A program made the translations under genes and the position numbers. A stretch of DNA of 64,000 nt from a bacterium (GTDB lineage: Bacteria; Bacillota; Sulfobacillia; UBA995), in the NCBI GenBank assembly GCA_031082145.1, contig JAVHLP010000005.1, forward strand, positions 34,676-98,675, in the 5' to 3' direction. Below, one piece after another: positions 9,283-17,211 of this stretch. Position 1 is the first letter of the stretch. Each line of letters begins with the position of its first letter. Under the pieces are notes generated by a model. It saw nothing but the letters and a program-made list of their open reading frames with translations. It made no database searches and was not told the DNA's origin.

Positions 9283-10494
9283 CTAACGCAGGTACAGCCA
9301 GGCCAGGCCCCAGACCGCCAGCAGGGTTGCTCCCATCGGCAACAGATACCCTCCGTAGATCGACCCCAGGCGCAGCCTGAAGTAGTCGAGAGTCAGGATC
9401 TGGCAGAGGTGTAGGGGCGACACGAGGTATGCGACGAAACTGGACGTGAACATGAGCATCACCAGGACTGGCCGGACGGCCGGCTCCGCCAAGGGCAAGA
9501 GCAGGGGGAAGGTGATCCCTATGGTAGTTGAATTGGATGCGCCGATGAACCCCACCACGAGCGGAAGGAAGAAGGCCAAGGCGAGCAAGGGCATTCCGCC
9601 TTGCACCAGTGTGCTCACCATGACCGCCATGACCCCCGCTTCGCCTACGACCTCGCGAAAGGCGACGATCGAGGGCATGGTCAGGACCATCCAGCGGTCG
9701 ATTCCCAGCCAGAGAAGACGGGGGTGGGCGCTGGGATGTCTGCGCCCCAGGTAGAAGGCGAGGGCTATCCCGATCGCCAGTGCGGGGGCCATGTGAAGGC
9801 CGAAGGCGACAGACAAGACCAGCCCGATCAGCAGAGGAGACCCCATGACCAGAAAGGCCAGGGTCAAGGCCCCCCGGGTCGGCCCCCCGGCTGCGAATTG
9901 CTCCCGCGGCCGGCCGCGGAAGTAGACGAGGTAGCCGACCACGACGGCCACTAAGGACAGCGGCCACTGCATCCGGATCAGCTGGCCGAGCGGCATATCG
10001 GCCAGTTGGGCGGCCAGGATCAACGTGGTGTTGAAGGGGAACACGAAGAACCACGCGTGCCGGAACACCAGGTTCACAGCGGCCTTGACGGCCGGCGGGA
10101 GTTCCAGGCGATCCCCCAGCCCATCCACGATAGGGGCGGAGATGATCGCCCCTCCGATCACCGGCAGCAAGCCCACCATGGTGGGAGCGGCTACCAGCGC
10201 CAGGCGTGTGCTGCGAAGCGCACCCGTAAGCGCGTCAATGGTCTGCTGCAGGAGACCGAACTCCTGCATCAGGCGGCCCAGAATGGTTATCAGGGCCACC
10301 ACCACGACCAACTCCAGGGAGGCCGGCGACAACATGCCGCGACCCATGACCTGAAGTGTCCGGAGGGGCCCCAGGCCGAGACCGAGACCCAGGGTGGCCG
10401 AACCGGCCAGCATGGCCAGGGGAAGCGGGACCTTTCGGTTAATCAGGACGATGATGAGTACAAAGGCCAGGATCAGAGCGACGGGCTGGCTCAC
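9283..10494 (-). CDS. DUF401 family membrane protein (putative permease)
   Basis: Polytopic membrane protein with motifs remembered for DUF401 (RLELPPAVKAAVNLVFRHAWFFVFP). GTG 10494 follows GGGAAGGG. The ORF track extends to 10530. Confidence 0.7.
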   Translation of the reverse strand: MSQPVALILAFVLIIVLINRKVPLPLAMLAGSATLGLGLGLGPLRTLQVMGRGMLSPASLELVVVVALITILGRLMQEFGLLQQTIDALTGALRSTRLALVAAPTMVGLLPVIGGAIISAPIVDGLGDRLELPPAVKAAVNLVFRHAWFFVFPFNTTLILAAQLADMPLGQLIRMQWPLSLVAVVVGYLVYFRGRPREQFAAGGPTRGALTLAFLVMGSPLLIGLVLSVAFGLHMAPALAIGIALAFYLGRRHPSAHPRLLWLGIDRWMVLTMPSIVAFREVVGEAGVMAVMVSTLVQGGMPLLALAFFLPLVVGFIGASNSTTIGITFPLLLPLAEPAVRPVLVMLMFTSSFVAYLVSPLHLCQILTLDYFRLRLGSIYGGYLLPMGATLLAVWGLAWLYLR

Positions 10495-10624
10495 GAGGAT
10501 CCCTTCCCACTGAGTTTTGTCTAATCGCAAAGGTGCAAACCACGTACAGACCTGCTTCCTGCTGCCGCCGGCCGGTCTCGGAACGCCCGCCCCGGGTGGT
10601 CAGGAGACAGGCTTCGCCGGCCCG

Positions 10625-11087
10625 CTAGTGAGCGTGCAGCCATGCCAGAATCCAGGCGGCCAGGAGCACCGCCGTCATTGGGAGCAGGTACTCCCTGTAG
10701 AGCGGCCCCAGTCGCGTCTTGAAATACTCGAGGGTGACGATCTGGCAGAGGTGAAGCGGTGAGATGACGTAGGTGCCCGAGCGGCCACAGCAGGCGGACG
10801 AGCTCATGCACGGACATGCCGGCCAGGCTCAAGGCCAGGATCAGGGAGGGCAGGAAAGGGAACACAAAGTGACAAGCATGGCGGAACACCAGGTTGATGG
10901 CTGCCCGGACGGCGGCCGGTAGCTCCAGCCGGTCGCTGAGACCGCGTAAAATGAGCGTCCGCAGTGGTCCCAGGCCGAGCCCCAGCACGGTGGACCCCGT
11001 CAGCATGGCCAGCGGGAGAGGAACGCGGCGGTTAGTCAGGGTGACTATCAGCGAGAAGGCCAGAAGCAAAGCGAGCGGCTGGCTCAA
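10625..11087 (-). pseudogene. Decayed tandem paralog of the DUF401 gene
   Basis: ORF 10521-11087 matches the first ~45 aa of the intact gene and the RLELP..NLVFRH block, with about 80 aa missing between them. ORF 10625-10807, in another frame, matches the C-terminus (SPLHLCQI.TL.YF..RLG..Y..YLLPM). Confidence 0.8.
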
Positions 11088-12397
11088 CTCAATCCCTTCC
11101 CGTCAACTTCAGTCCGCAGGCAGCGGTCCAGCACAGCCACGACCAGATCGATCTGTTCCTCGGTGATCACCAACGGCGGCGAGAGGGAGATGATGTCTCC
11201 TAGGGACCTGAGCAGCACTCCTTCCCGGCGGCAAGCCTCCTGCAGCTCCCAGCCCACCCATCGCTTGGGATCGAAGGGTTGTCTGGTAGCCCGATCAGCC
11301 ACCAGTTCCAGGCCCACCATCAGCCCCAGACCCCGGACTTCTCCCACCGCCGGGTGATCCAGGGCCGACAAGGAGTTAAGCAGATACTCTCCCAACCTCG
11401 CACTACGGCCGGGAAGATCCTCGTCCAGAATCAGTTCAAGGTTGCGGAGCCCCACCGCGCAGGCGGCGGCATGCCCGGAATAGGTATAACCGTGCCGGAA
11501 CGCACTTGGGGACTCGGCGAACGGCTTCCACACGGCTTCGGAGATCAGACAGGCCCCCAGCGGCAGATAACCACTTGTCAACCCCTTGGCCAGGCACATG
11601 AGATCGGGCTCCACCCCCCAGTGGTTGACCCCGAAGAGCCGGCCGGTCCGGCCGAAACCGGTGATGATCTCATCAGCGATGAAGAGCACTCCATACCGGC
11701 GGCAGATCTCCTGCACGGCGGGGAGGTAGCCCTGTGGGGGCACCAGGACTCCGCCCACCCCGGCCACCGGCTCGGCCACGAAAGCGGCTACTCGCTCCGG
11801 CCCGCGGCGGCGCAACTCCGCCTCCAGGGCGTGGGCGCACTCCAACCCGCAGCAGTCTTTGGCCTGCTCCCAGGGGCAACGATAGCAGTAGGGGGGCGGG
11901 ATGTGCGAGAAGTCGGGGTCCGGGGGGCCAAAGCCTTCCTTGTAGGCAGGAAATCCGCCTGCGGCCAGGGCAGTGCCGGTGAGCCCGTGATAGGCCCGGT
12001 GCCGGGCTATGATCCCCGTCCGTTCCGGTTCCCCGCGCAGGAAGTGATAACGCCGGGCTACTTTGATGGCCGTCTCCACCGCTTCCGCCCCTCCGGTGGT
12101 GAAGAGGACCCGCCCGGGGCCCCCCGGCATCAGTTCCGCCAGCCGGGACGCCAGTCGAAGGGCAGGGGGGTTGGTGAACCCCCAGAAGACGGGGAAGTAG
12201 GCTAGATCCTCGAGTTGCCGGGTGGCGGCGGCAAGCAGCTCCGGCCGGCCGTAGCCGGCATTGACCAGCCAGAGACCGGCGTTGGCGTCGAGGTACTCCC
12301 GGCCCCCGTCATCGCGGACCAGGCAACCCCGGCCGCTCACGATGCAGACGGTCGCTTCCGGGTTACCGGGCTCGCTGAAGGGACGGACCAGGTACAC
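11084..12397 (-). CDS. Class-III PLP-dependent aminotransferase (omega-transaminase-like)
   Basis: TTGGAEAVETAIKVAR, FIADEIITGFGRTG and CLAKGLTSGY (PLP lysine) motifs. Confidence 0.88.
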   Translation of the reverse strand: MYLVRPFSEPGNPEATVCIVSGRGCLVRDDGGREYLDANAGLWLVNAGYGRPELLAAATRQLEDLAYFPVFWGFTNPPALRLASRLAELMPGGPGRVLFTTGGAEAVETAIKVARRYHFLRGEPERTGIIARHRAYHGLTGTALAAGGFPAYKEGFGPPDPDFSHIPPPYCYRCPWEQAKDCCGLECAHALEAELRRRGPERVAAFVAEPVAGVGGVLVPPQGYLPAVQEICRRYGVLFIADEIITGFGRTGRLFGVNHWGVEPDLMCLAKGLTSGYLPLGACLISEAVWKPFAESPSAFRHGYTYSGHAAACAVGLRNLELILDEDLPGRSARLGEYLLNSLSALDHPAVGEVRGLGLMVGLELVADRATRQPFDPKRWVGWELQEACRREGVLLRSLGDIISLSPPLVITEEQIDLVVAVLDRCLRTEVDGKGLS

Positions 12398-12496
12398 AAC
12401 TCATTCCTCCTCGCTTGTTCATTCCCAGCGGGTAATGCGGATTCCTCCTGCAGGAAAAGCGGTGGCGTGGGAGAATAGAAGGGCATAACACATTGC

Positions 12497-12583
12497 GGGG
12501 ACCGCTAGGGGAGCCCGTGAGGGCTGAGAAGGCGACTGCGCCGACCCTGGAACCTGACCTGGATAATGCCAGCGTAGGGAAGT
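12497..12583 (+). promoter_or_regulatory. TPP (THI-box) riboswitch
   Basis: CTAGGGGAGCC...GGGCTGAGA...ACCCTGGAACCTGACCTGGATAATGCCAGCGTAGGGAAG matches the TPP aptamer consensus. A thiamine transporter gene lies immediately downstream. Confidence 0.9.
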
Positions 12584-12632
12584 GGCCCTGACACCGCTCG
12601 ACCTGAGCGGCCCCCGAGAGGAGGGTCCGCTC

Positions 12633-13154
12633 TTGTCCGTTCAGAAGCTCCCCTTGCGCGCCCTGGCCGAGGCAGGCATCCTGATCGCGCTGGCTACCGT
12701 GCTCTCTTTCGTAAAAGTATTCTCGCTTCCGCAGGGCGGCTCGGTGACTGCCGCCAGTATGGTGCCCATTCTGTTCCTGGCCCTACGCTGGGGGCCCGGC
12801 TTGGGCTTGCTCGGCGGGGTGGCTTACGGCCTGCTACAATTCGCAGTGGAGCCCTTCGTGTACCATCCCGCCCAGGTGCTGCTGGACTACCCGGTAGCCT
12901 TTGGCCTCCTGGGCCTTGCCGGCTTCTTCCGCGGCCAGCCCACGCTGGGCGTGGCGGCCGGGATCGCCGGCCGGTTCGCGAGCCACTGGTTGGCGGGTGT
13001 CGTGTTCTTCGCCGCCTTTGCCGGGACCCGGCACCCGGCCGTCCACTCGGCGATCTACAATGGGAGTTACCTGCTGCCGGAGTTGGTGGTCAGCGCCGTG
13101 GTGATGGCCCTGCTGGCCAGGGTGGTGGGACTGGGCGTGGCCCGCACTGAATAG
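12633..13154 (+). CDS. thiT: ECF-transporter thiamine S component ThiT
   Basis: Six-TM protein (FSLPQGGSVTAASMVPILF...LLDYPVAFG) behind the TPP riboswitch. TTG 12633 follows GAGGAGGG. The ORF-track start GTG 12582 lies inside the aptamer. Confidence 0.82.
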   Translation: MSVQKLPLRALAEAGILIALATVLSFVKVFSLPQGGSVTAASMVPILFLALRWGPGLGLLGGVAYGLLQFAVEPFVYHPAQVLLDYPVAFGLLGLAGFFRGQPTLGVAAGIAGRFASHWLAGVVFFAAFAGTRHPAVHSAIYNGSYLLPELVVSAVVMALLARVVGLGVARTE

Positions 13155-13245
13155 GCCGTCAGCGGTCGTACTGGCCGGGGGACCGGCTCCAGACTACACT
13201 GCTCTACGGGCCCGAGCCCGCGAGGAGCGATGGGATCAGGCCTAT

Positions 13246-13848
13246 GTGGTTGCCGCCGACGGTGGCTTCGCGCATTGCCTGGCTCTCGGTCTGACGCCCA
13301 GCGTGGTGGTTGGTGACCTGGACTCGCTGGCGCCTCAACAGGAGGCCCGCATTGGGGACCTGCCCTTGATGCGGGTCCCCCGGGCCAAGGACCAGACTGA
13401 CCTCCAACTGGCCCTTGACCTGGTAGCGTCCCGCTCTCCGGGTCATCTGACCGTGGTGGGAGCCCTCGGGGGTGAGCGCCTGGACCACACCCTGGCCGGG
13501 ATCCACGCCGGGATCGCTCTCGCCCGGGTCGGATGGCGCCTGCATTACCTTGGCCCGGGCGATGAGCTCTGGCTGCTGGCCGGTCCGGCCGAGCTGGATC
13601 TGGTGGCCCGCTCCGATCGCTACCTGTCGCTCGTACCCCTCACGGCCGAAGTCACCGGGGTGTGGGCCAGTGGCCTGCGGTGGGAGCTCGAGGGGGTGAC
13701 TTTACGGCAGGGCGATTCCCTCGGTATCAGTAACGAGTTCGGCCCCGGCCCGGCCGGGATCCGCTTTCAGGCCGGGGTGTTGGCCGCCGTGCTGAGTCCT
13801 AGGCCCGTCCAAACGGCAGGTACAAGAGGAGCAGGAGAGCCAGAATAG
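13246..13848 (+). CDS. thiN: Thiamine pyrophosphokinase (N-terminus probably begins upstream; see findings)
   Basis: AADGG...VVGDLDS...KDQTDLQLAL...GALGGERLDH motifs. The in-frame upstream sequence AVVLAGGPAP (13162-13191) is also family-like but has no ATG, GTG or TTG. Confidence 0.85.
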   Translation: MVAADGGFAHCLALGLTPSVVVGDLDSLAPQQEARIGDLPLMRVPRAKDQTDLQLALDLVASRSPGHLTVVGALGGERLDHTLAGIHAGIALARVGWRLHYLGPGDELWLLAGPAELDLVARSDRYLSLVPLTAEVTGVWASGLRWELEGVTLRQGDSLGISNEFGPGPAGIRFQAGVLAAVLSPRPVQTAGTRGAGEPE

Positions 13849-15709
13849 CGGCCAGCAAATAGACGTCGAAGTTCAAGTTGATGACCGTCATCTCCCGGAA
13901 GAGGCCGGAGTCGCCCGGGTTATGGTCCACCCGTCGAACCGCGACCACGGCCTGGCGCAGGACTCTAGCCAGCCGCCGGCCGATCCAGGCTCCGGCCTGC
14001 ACCGTCAACTCGTAGAGCCGGTTCCAGGCGGCCGCAACGCCCATTCCCGCCTGCTCGGCCAGCCAGCCTAGACTCAAGGCCCTCGGCAGGTGCAGGTGAA
14101 ACAGGCCGGTGCGGTTGCCGGCCACAAAGAGGAGTCCTCCGAGCACCAGGCAGATTCCGGCGGCGGTGAGGTCGGTTCGGTTGAAGAAGGACAGATGCGA
14201 GAGGTGGCCGTCGGCCCAAGCCGTGTCCACCGGGAACGCCCGCCATACCAGGGGCAGCAATCTTTCCAGTAGCCAGCCCGGTCGGAGGCCGAGGGCCAGG
14301 ATGAGAGCGGCCAGAATCCCCATGCCCACCGAGGATTCCCGGCCGAGCGGCCGGCGAACCTCCTCCATGGCAACCGGGTCACCGGTCCAATCCCTGCCGC
14401 GGCCCAGGAAGACAAAGGAGAACAGCTTGAGAAAGGAGCAAGCGGTGCCGGCACTTACCAGTACGAAGAGCCGTTCAGCCAGAAAGAGGCCCGCTCCCCC
14501 GTGCTGCACGGCCTTCTCCAGGGCGTGGTGCAGCAGCGTCTTGGAGGCATAGCCGTTGAAGCCGGGGAAGCCGGAGATCCCGAGGGAGGCGATGAGGGCT
14601 ACTCCACCCACCAGCGGCATGACCCGCCCGAGCCCGCCCAGGCGATAGATGTTGAGTTCCCGGGTTCGCAGGTACACGGCTCCCACGGCCAGGAACAGCA
14701 GCGCTTTGAAAAGAGCGTGGTTGACCAGGTGGTAGACCGCCCCGGCCAGCCCCATCGAGCCCTTCGCTCCCAGGTACGCGGTCAACCCGATTCCGAGGAC
14801 GATGTAACCCATCTGGCTCACGCTATGATAAGCCAGCAAGCGCTTGCCGTTCGCCTGCAGCAGGGCCAGGCTGACACCAACCGCCATGGTGATCAAGCCG
14901 AGCCAGATCACCACGTAGCCGAGCCCCGGGGACGCCAGCGACTGCCCGGCGACCCGCAAGATGCCGTAAGCCCCGGCCTTTATCATGACCCCCGACAGGA
15001 CTGCGCTGGCCGGCGAGGGCGCGACGGGGTGAGCTTCCGGCAACCATAGGTGCAGAGGCACGATGCCGGCCTTGAGGCCGAAGCCCAGCAGGAACAATGC
15101 GATGACGGCGGGGCGCAGGGCCGGCGGCAAGGTTGCCAGGGAGGCGAAACTCACACTGCCGGTGCTGCCGAAGACCAACCCGACCGCCGTCAACAGGGCC
15201 AACCCGCCAATGACGGCCAGGTAGAGGTAGAGCGAGCCCGCCCGGTGGGCCTCCCCGGTCTGGGTATGGACGACCAGGCCGTAAGAACTCAGGGACATGA
15301 GTTCAAAGAAGAGGAACAAGGTCAGAAGGTCCCCCGCCAGGGCCAGGCCGACCATGCCGGCAAAGGAGAGTAGCCAGAACACGTAGTAACGACGAGCGTG
15401 AGCCTCGTGATCCACATACTCCACTGCAAACAGGGTGGCGGCCAACCAGACTATCGCGGCCACCAGGGCCACCAGCCAGCCCAGGCCATCGGCGCCGAAG
15501 CTCAACCCCAGCGGCGTGCCGGCCATCCCGGGGACCGACCAGCGGACCTCAAGCCCCCGGGCAATGCTGGGGTACATCGCCACTATCAGGAATAGCGTCA
15601 AGCCACAGGCCCCGGTCGCGACCCGGCCGGCCTGGCGGGCCCGGGGCGGGAGGAGACCGATGGCCACCAACGGTCCGGTTACCGCCAGCAGGGGCAAGAT
15701 CGCACCCAT
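13799..15709 (-). CDS. mrpD: MrpD/NuoL-like proton-conducting antiporter subunit with a C-terminal extension of about 150 aa
   Basis: Complex-I chain L/M/N-type repeat (WLPEAHPVAPSPASAVLSGVMIKAG). ATG 15709 follows GAGGT. The extra C-terminal amphipathic segment plus a final TM helix are read directly from the translation. Confidence 0.85.
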   Translation of the reverse strand: MGAILPLLAVTGPLVAIGLLPPRARQAGRVATGACGLTLFLIVAMYPSIARGLEVRWSVPGMAGTPLGLSFGADGLGWLVALVAAIVWLAATLFAVEYVDHEAHARRYYVFWLLSFAGMVGLALAGDLLTLFLFFELMSLSSYGLVVHTQTGEAHRAGSLYLYLAVIGGLALLTAVGLVFGSTGSVSFASLATLPPALRPAVIALFLLGFGLKAGIVPLHLWLPEAHPVAPSPASAVLSGVMIKAGAYGILRVAGQSLASPGLGYVVIWLGLITMAVGVSLALLQANGKRLLAYHSVSQMGYIVLGIGLTAYLGAKGSMGLAGAVYHLVNHALFKALLFLAVGAVYLRTRELNIYRLGGLGRVMPLVGGVALIASLGISGFPGFNGYASKTLLHHALEKAVQHGGAGLFLAERLFVLVSAGTACSFLKLFSFVFLGRGRDWTGDPVAMEEVRRPLGRESSVGMGILAALILALGLRPGWLLERLLPLVWRAFPVDTAWADGHLSHLSFFNRTDLTAAGICLVLGGLLFVAGNRTGLFHLHLPRALSLGWLAEQAGMGVAAAWNRLYELTVQAGAWIGRRLARVLRQAVVAVRRVDHNPGDSGLFREMTVINLNFDVYLLAAILALLLLLYLPFGRA

Positions 15710-15726
15710 GATCAAGGACCTCGTTT

Positions 15727-17199
15727 CTACAGGCCCAGGCCTACGGCCCGGACCAGGCCCAATGTCCAGCCGGGGAAGAACCCGGTCAGCAGGCACGCCA
15801 GTGCCAACAGGATCACCGGCCCCAGCATGCTGAGGGGAGCCTCCTGCGCGCCCTCCGGAGGAGGGTCAAAGCCGCCTTCCCGGAAGAAGGCTCCCGCCAC
15901 GATGGGCAGGTAGTACGCCGCGTTCAGCAGGGCGCTGGCCGCCAGGAGGGCCAGTACCCAGGGTTCCCCCCCGTGCAGGGCCCCCACGACGAGCTGCCAC
16001 TTGCTGACAAAGCCGTTCACCGGGATGACCCCGATCATCCCCAGGGCGGCCACGGCGAAGGCCAGCATGGTCAGGGGCAGGCGCCGGCCGACCCCTGACA
16101 GCTGGTTCACCTGGGTGCGGCCGGTCTGGGTGATGATGATCCCCGCGCAGAAGAACAGGGTGATCTTCATCAAGGCATGGTTGATCAGGTGCACCAAGCC
16201 GCCGGCGACCCCGGCGGGCGACAGGAGGGCCACCCCCAAGGGAATGTAGGCGAGCTGGCTTACGGTGGAGTAAGCAAGCCTTCGCTTGAGGTCCTGCTGC
16301 TGGAGGGCCAGTACCGAGCCCAGGCCGATCGTGATCGCCGCGAGGGTCAGGAACGGCGTCACCATTCCCAGAGCCGCTACGGTTTCCGGGCCAAACAGGG
16401 AAAACCAGGTGCGCAGCAAGCCGAAGACGCCTGCCTTAACAACCGCCACGGCGTGCAGGAGGGCGCTGACCGGGGTGGGGGCCACCATCGCCAGGGGCAG
16501 CCAGCCGTGCAGGGGGATCATCGCCGCCTTCACGGCGAAGCCTAGCGCCAGGCAACTGAACGCCAGGCGCAAGGCGGGATAAGCGCCTGCAGGCAGGAGG
16601 GCGGCGGCCCCCCCGGCGACGAAGGCCGGCGGGCCCAGCAGGCCGGCGAGAACCACGAAACCTCCGAGCACGAGAGCTGCTCCCGCGAAGGAGTAGCCCA
16701 GGTAGTGCCAGCCTGCCCGGGCGGCCTCGGGAGATCCGGCATGCACGACAAGCGGGTAAGTGCTGAGCGTCAGCATCTCGTAGAACAGGTAGAGGGTGAA
16801 GAGGTTGGCGGCGAACGCCAATCCCATGGTGACACCCAACGAGAGCAGCCAGAAGACCGAGTAGCGGCGGCGGTGATCCTCGTGAGCCATGTAGCCGGTG
16901 GAGTAGAGGGTTGCCAGGACCCACAGCGACGACGCGATCAGGGCGAAGAGGGCTCCCAGGGGGTCCAGCCGGAGGTGCACCGCCAGCCCGGACACCAACG
17001 GCCAGGGACCAGCTTCCACCCGACCGCCCCGGAAGACCGTCACCGCGGCAACGGCCACGGCCACCGCGACCGCCAGCGAGCAGGAGACCGTCCAGCAGTT
17101 CCGCCGCCGGTCGGCGATTTCGGGCAGGAGGGTGAGGCCCAGGGTCCCCGCCAGTGGTACCCCCACGGCAACCAGCGGCACTAGCTCGCCAGGGATCAT
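15727..17199 (-). CDS. mrpD: MrpD/NuoN-like antiporter subunit (second paralog)
   Basis: 490-aa polytopic protein with WLPLAMVAPTPVSALLHAVAVVKAG. Confidence 0.88.
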   Translation of the reverse strand: MIPGELVPLVAVGVPLAGTLGLTLLPEIADRRRNCWTVSCSLAVAVAVAVAAVTVFRGGRVEAGPWPLVSGLAVHLRLDPLGALFALIASSLWVLATLYSTGYMAHEDHRRRYSVFWLLSLGVTMGLAFAANLFTLYLFYEMLTLSTYPLVVHAGSPEAARAGWHYLGYSFAGAALVLGGFVVLAGLLGPPAFVAGGAAALLPAGAYPALRLAFSCLALGFAVKAAMIPLHGWLPLAMVAPTPVSALLHAVAVVKAGVFGLLRTWFSLFGPETVAALGMVTPFLTLAAITIGLGSVLALQQQDLKRRLAYSTVSQLAYIPLGVALLSPAGVAGGLVHLINHALMKITLFFCAGIIITQTGRTQVNQLSGVGRRLPLTMLAFAVAALGMIGVIPVNGFVSKWQLVVGALHGGEPWVLALLAASALLNAAYYLPIVAGAFFREGGFDPPPEGAQEAPLSMLGPVILLALACLLTGFFPGWTLGLVRAVGLGL

Positions 17200-17211
17200 A
17201 GAAGAATCCTC

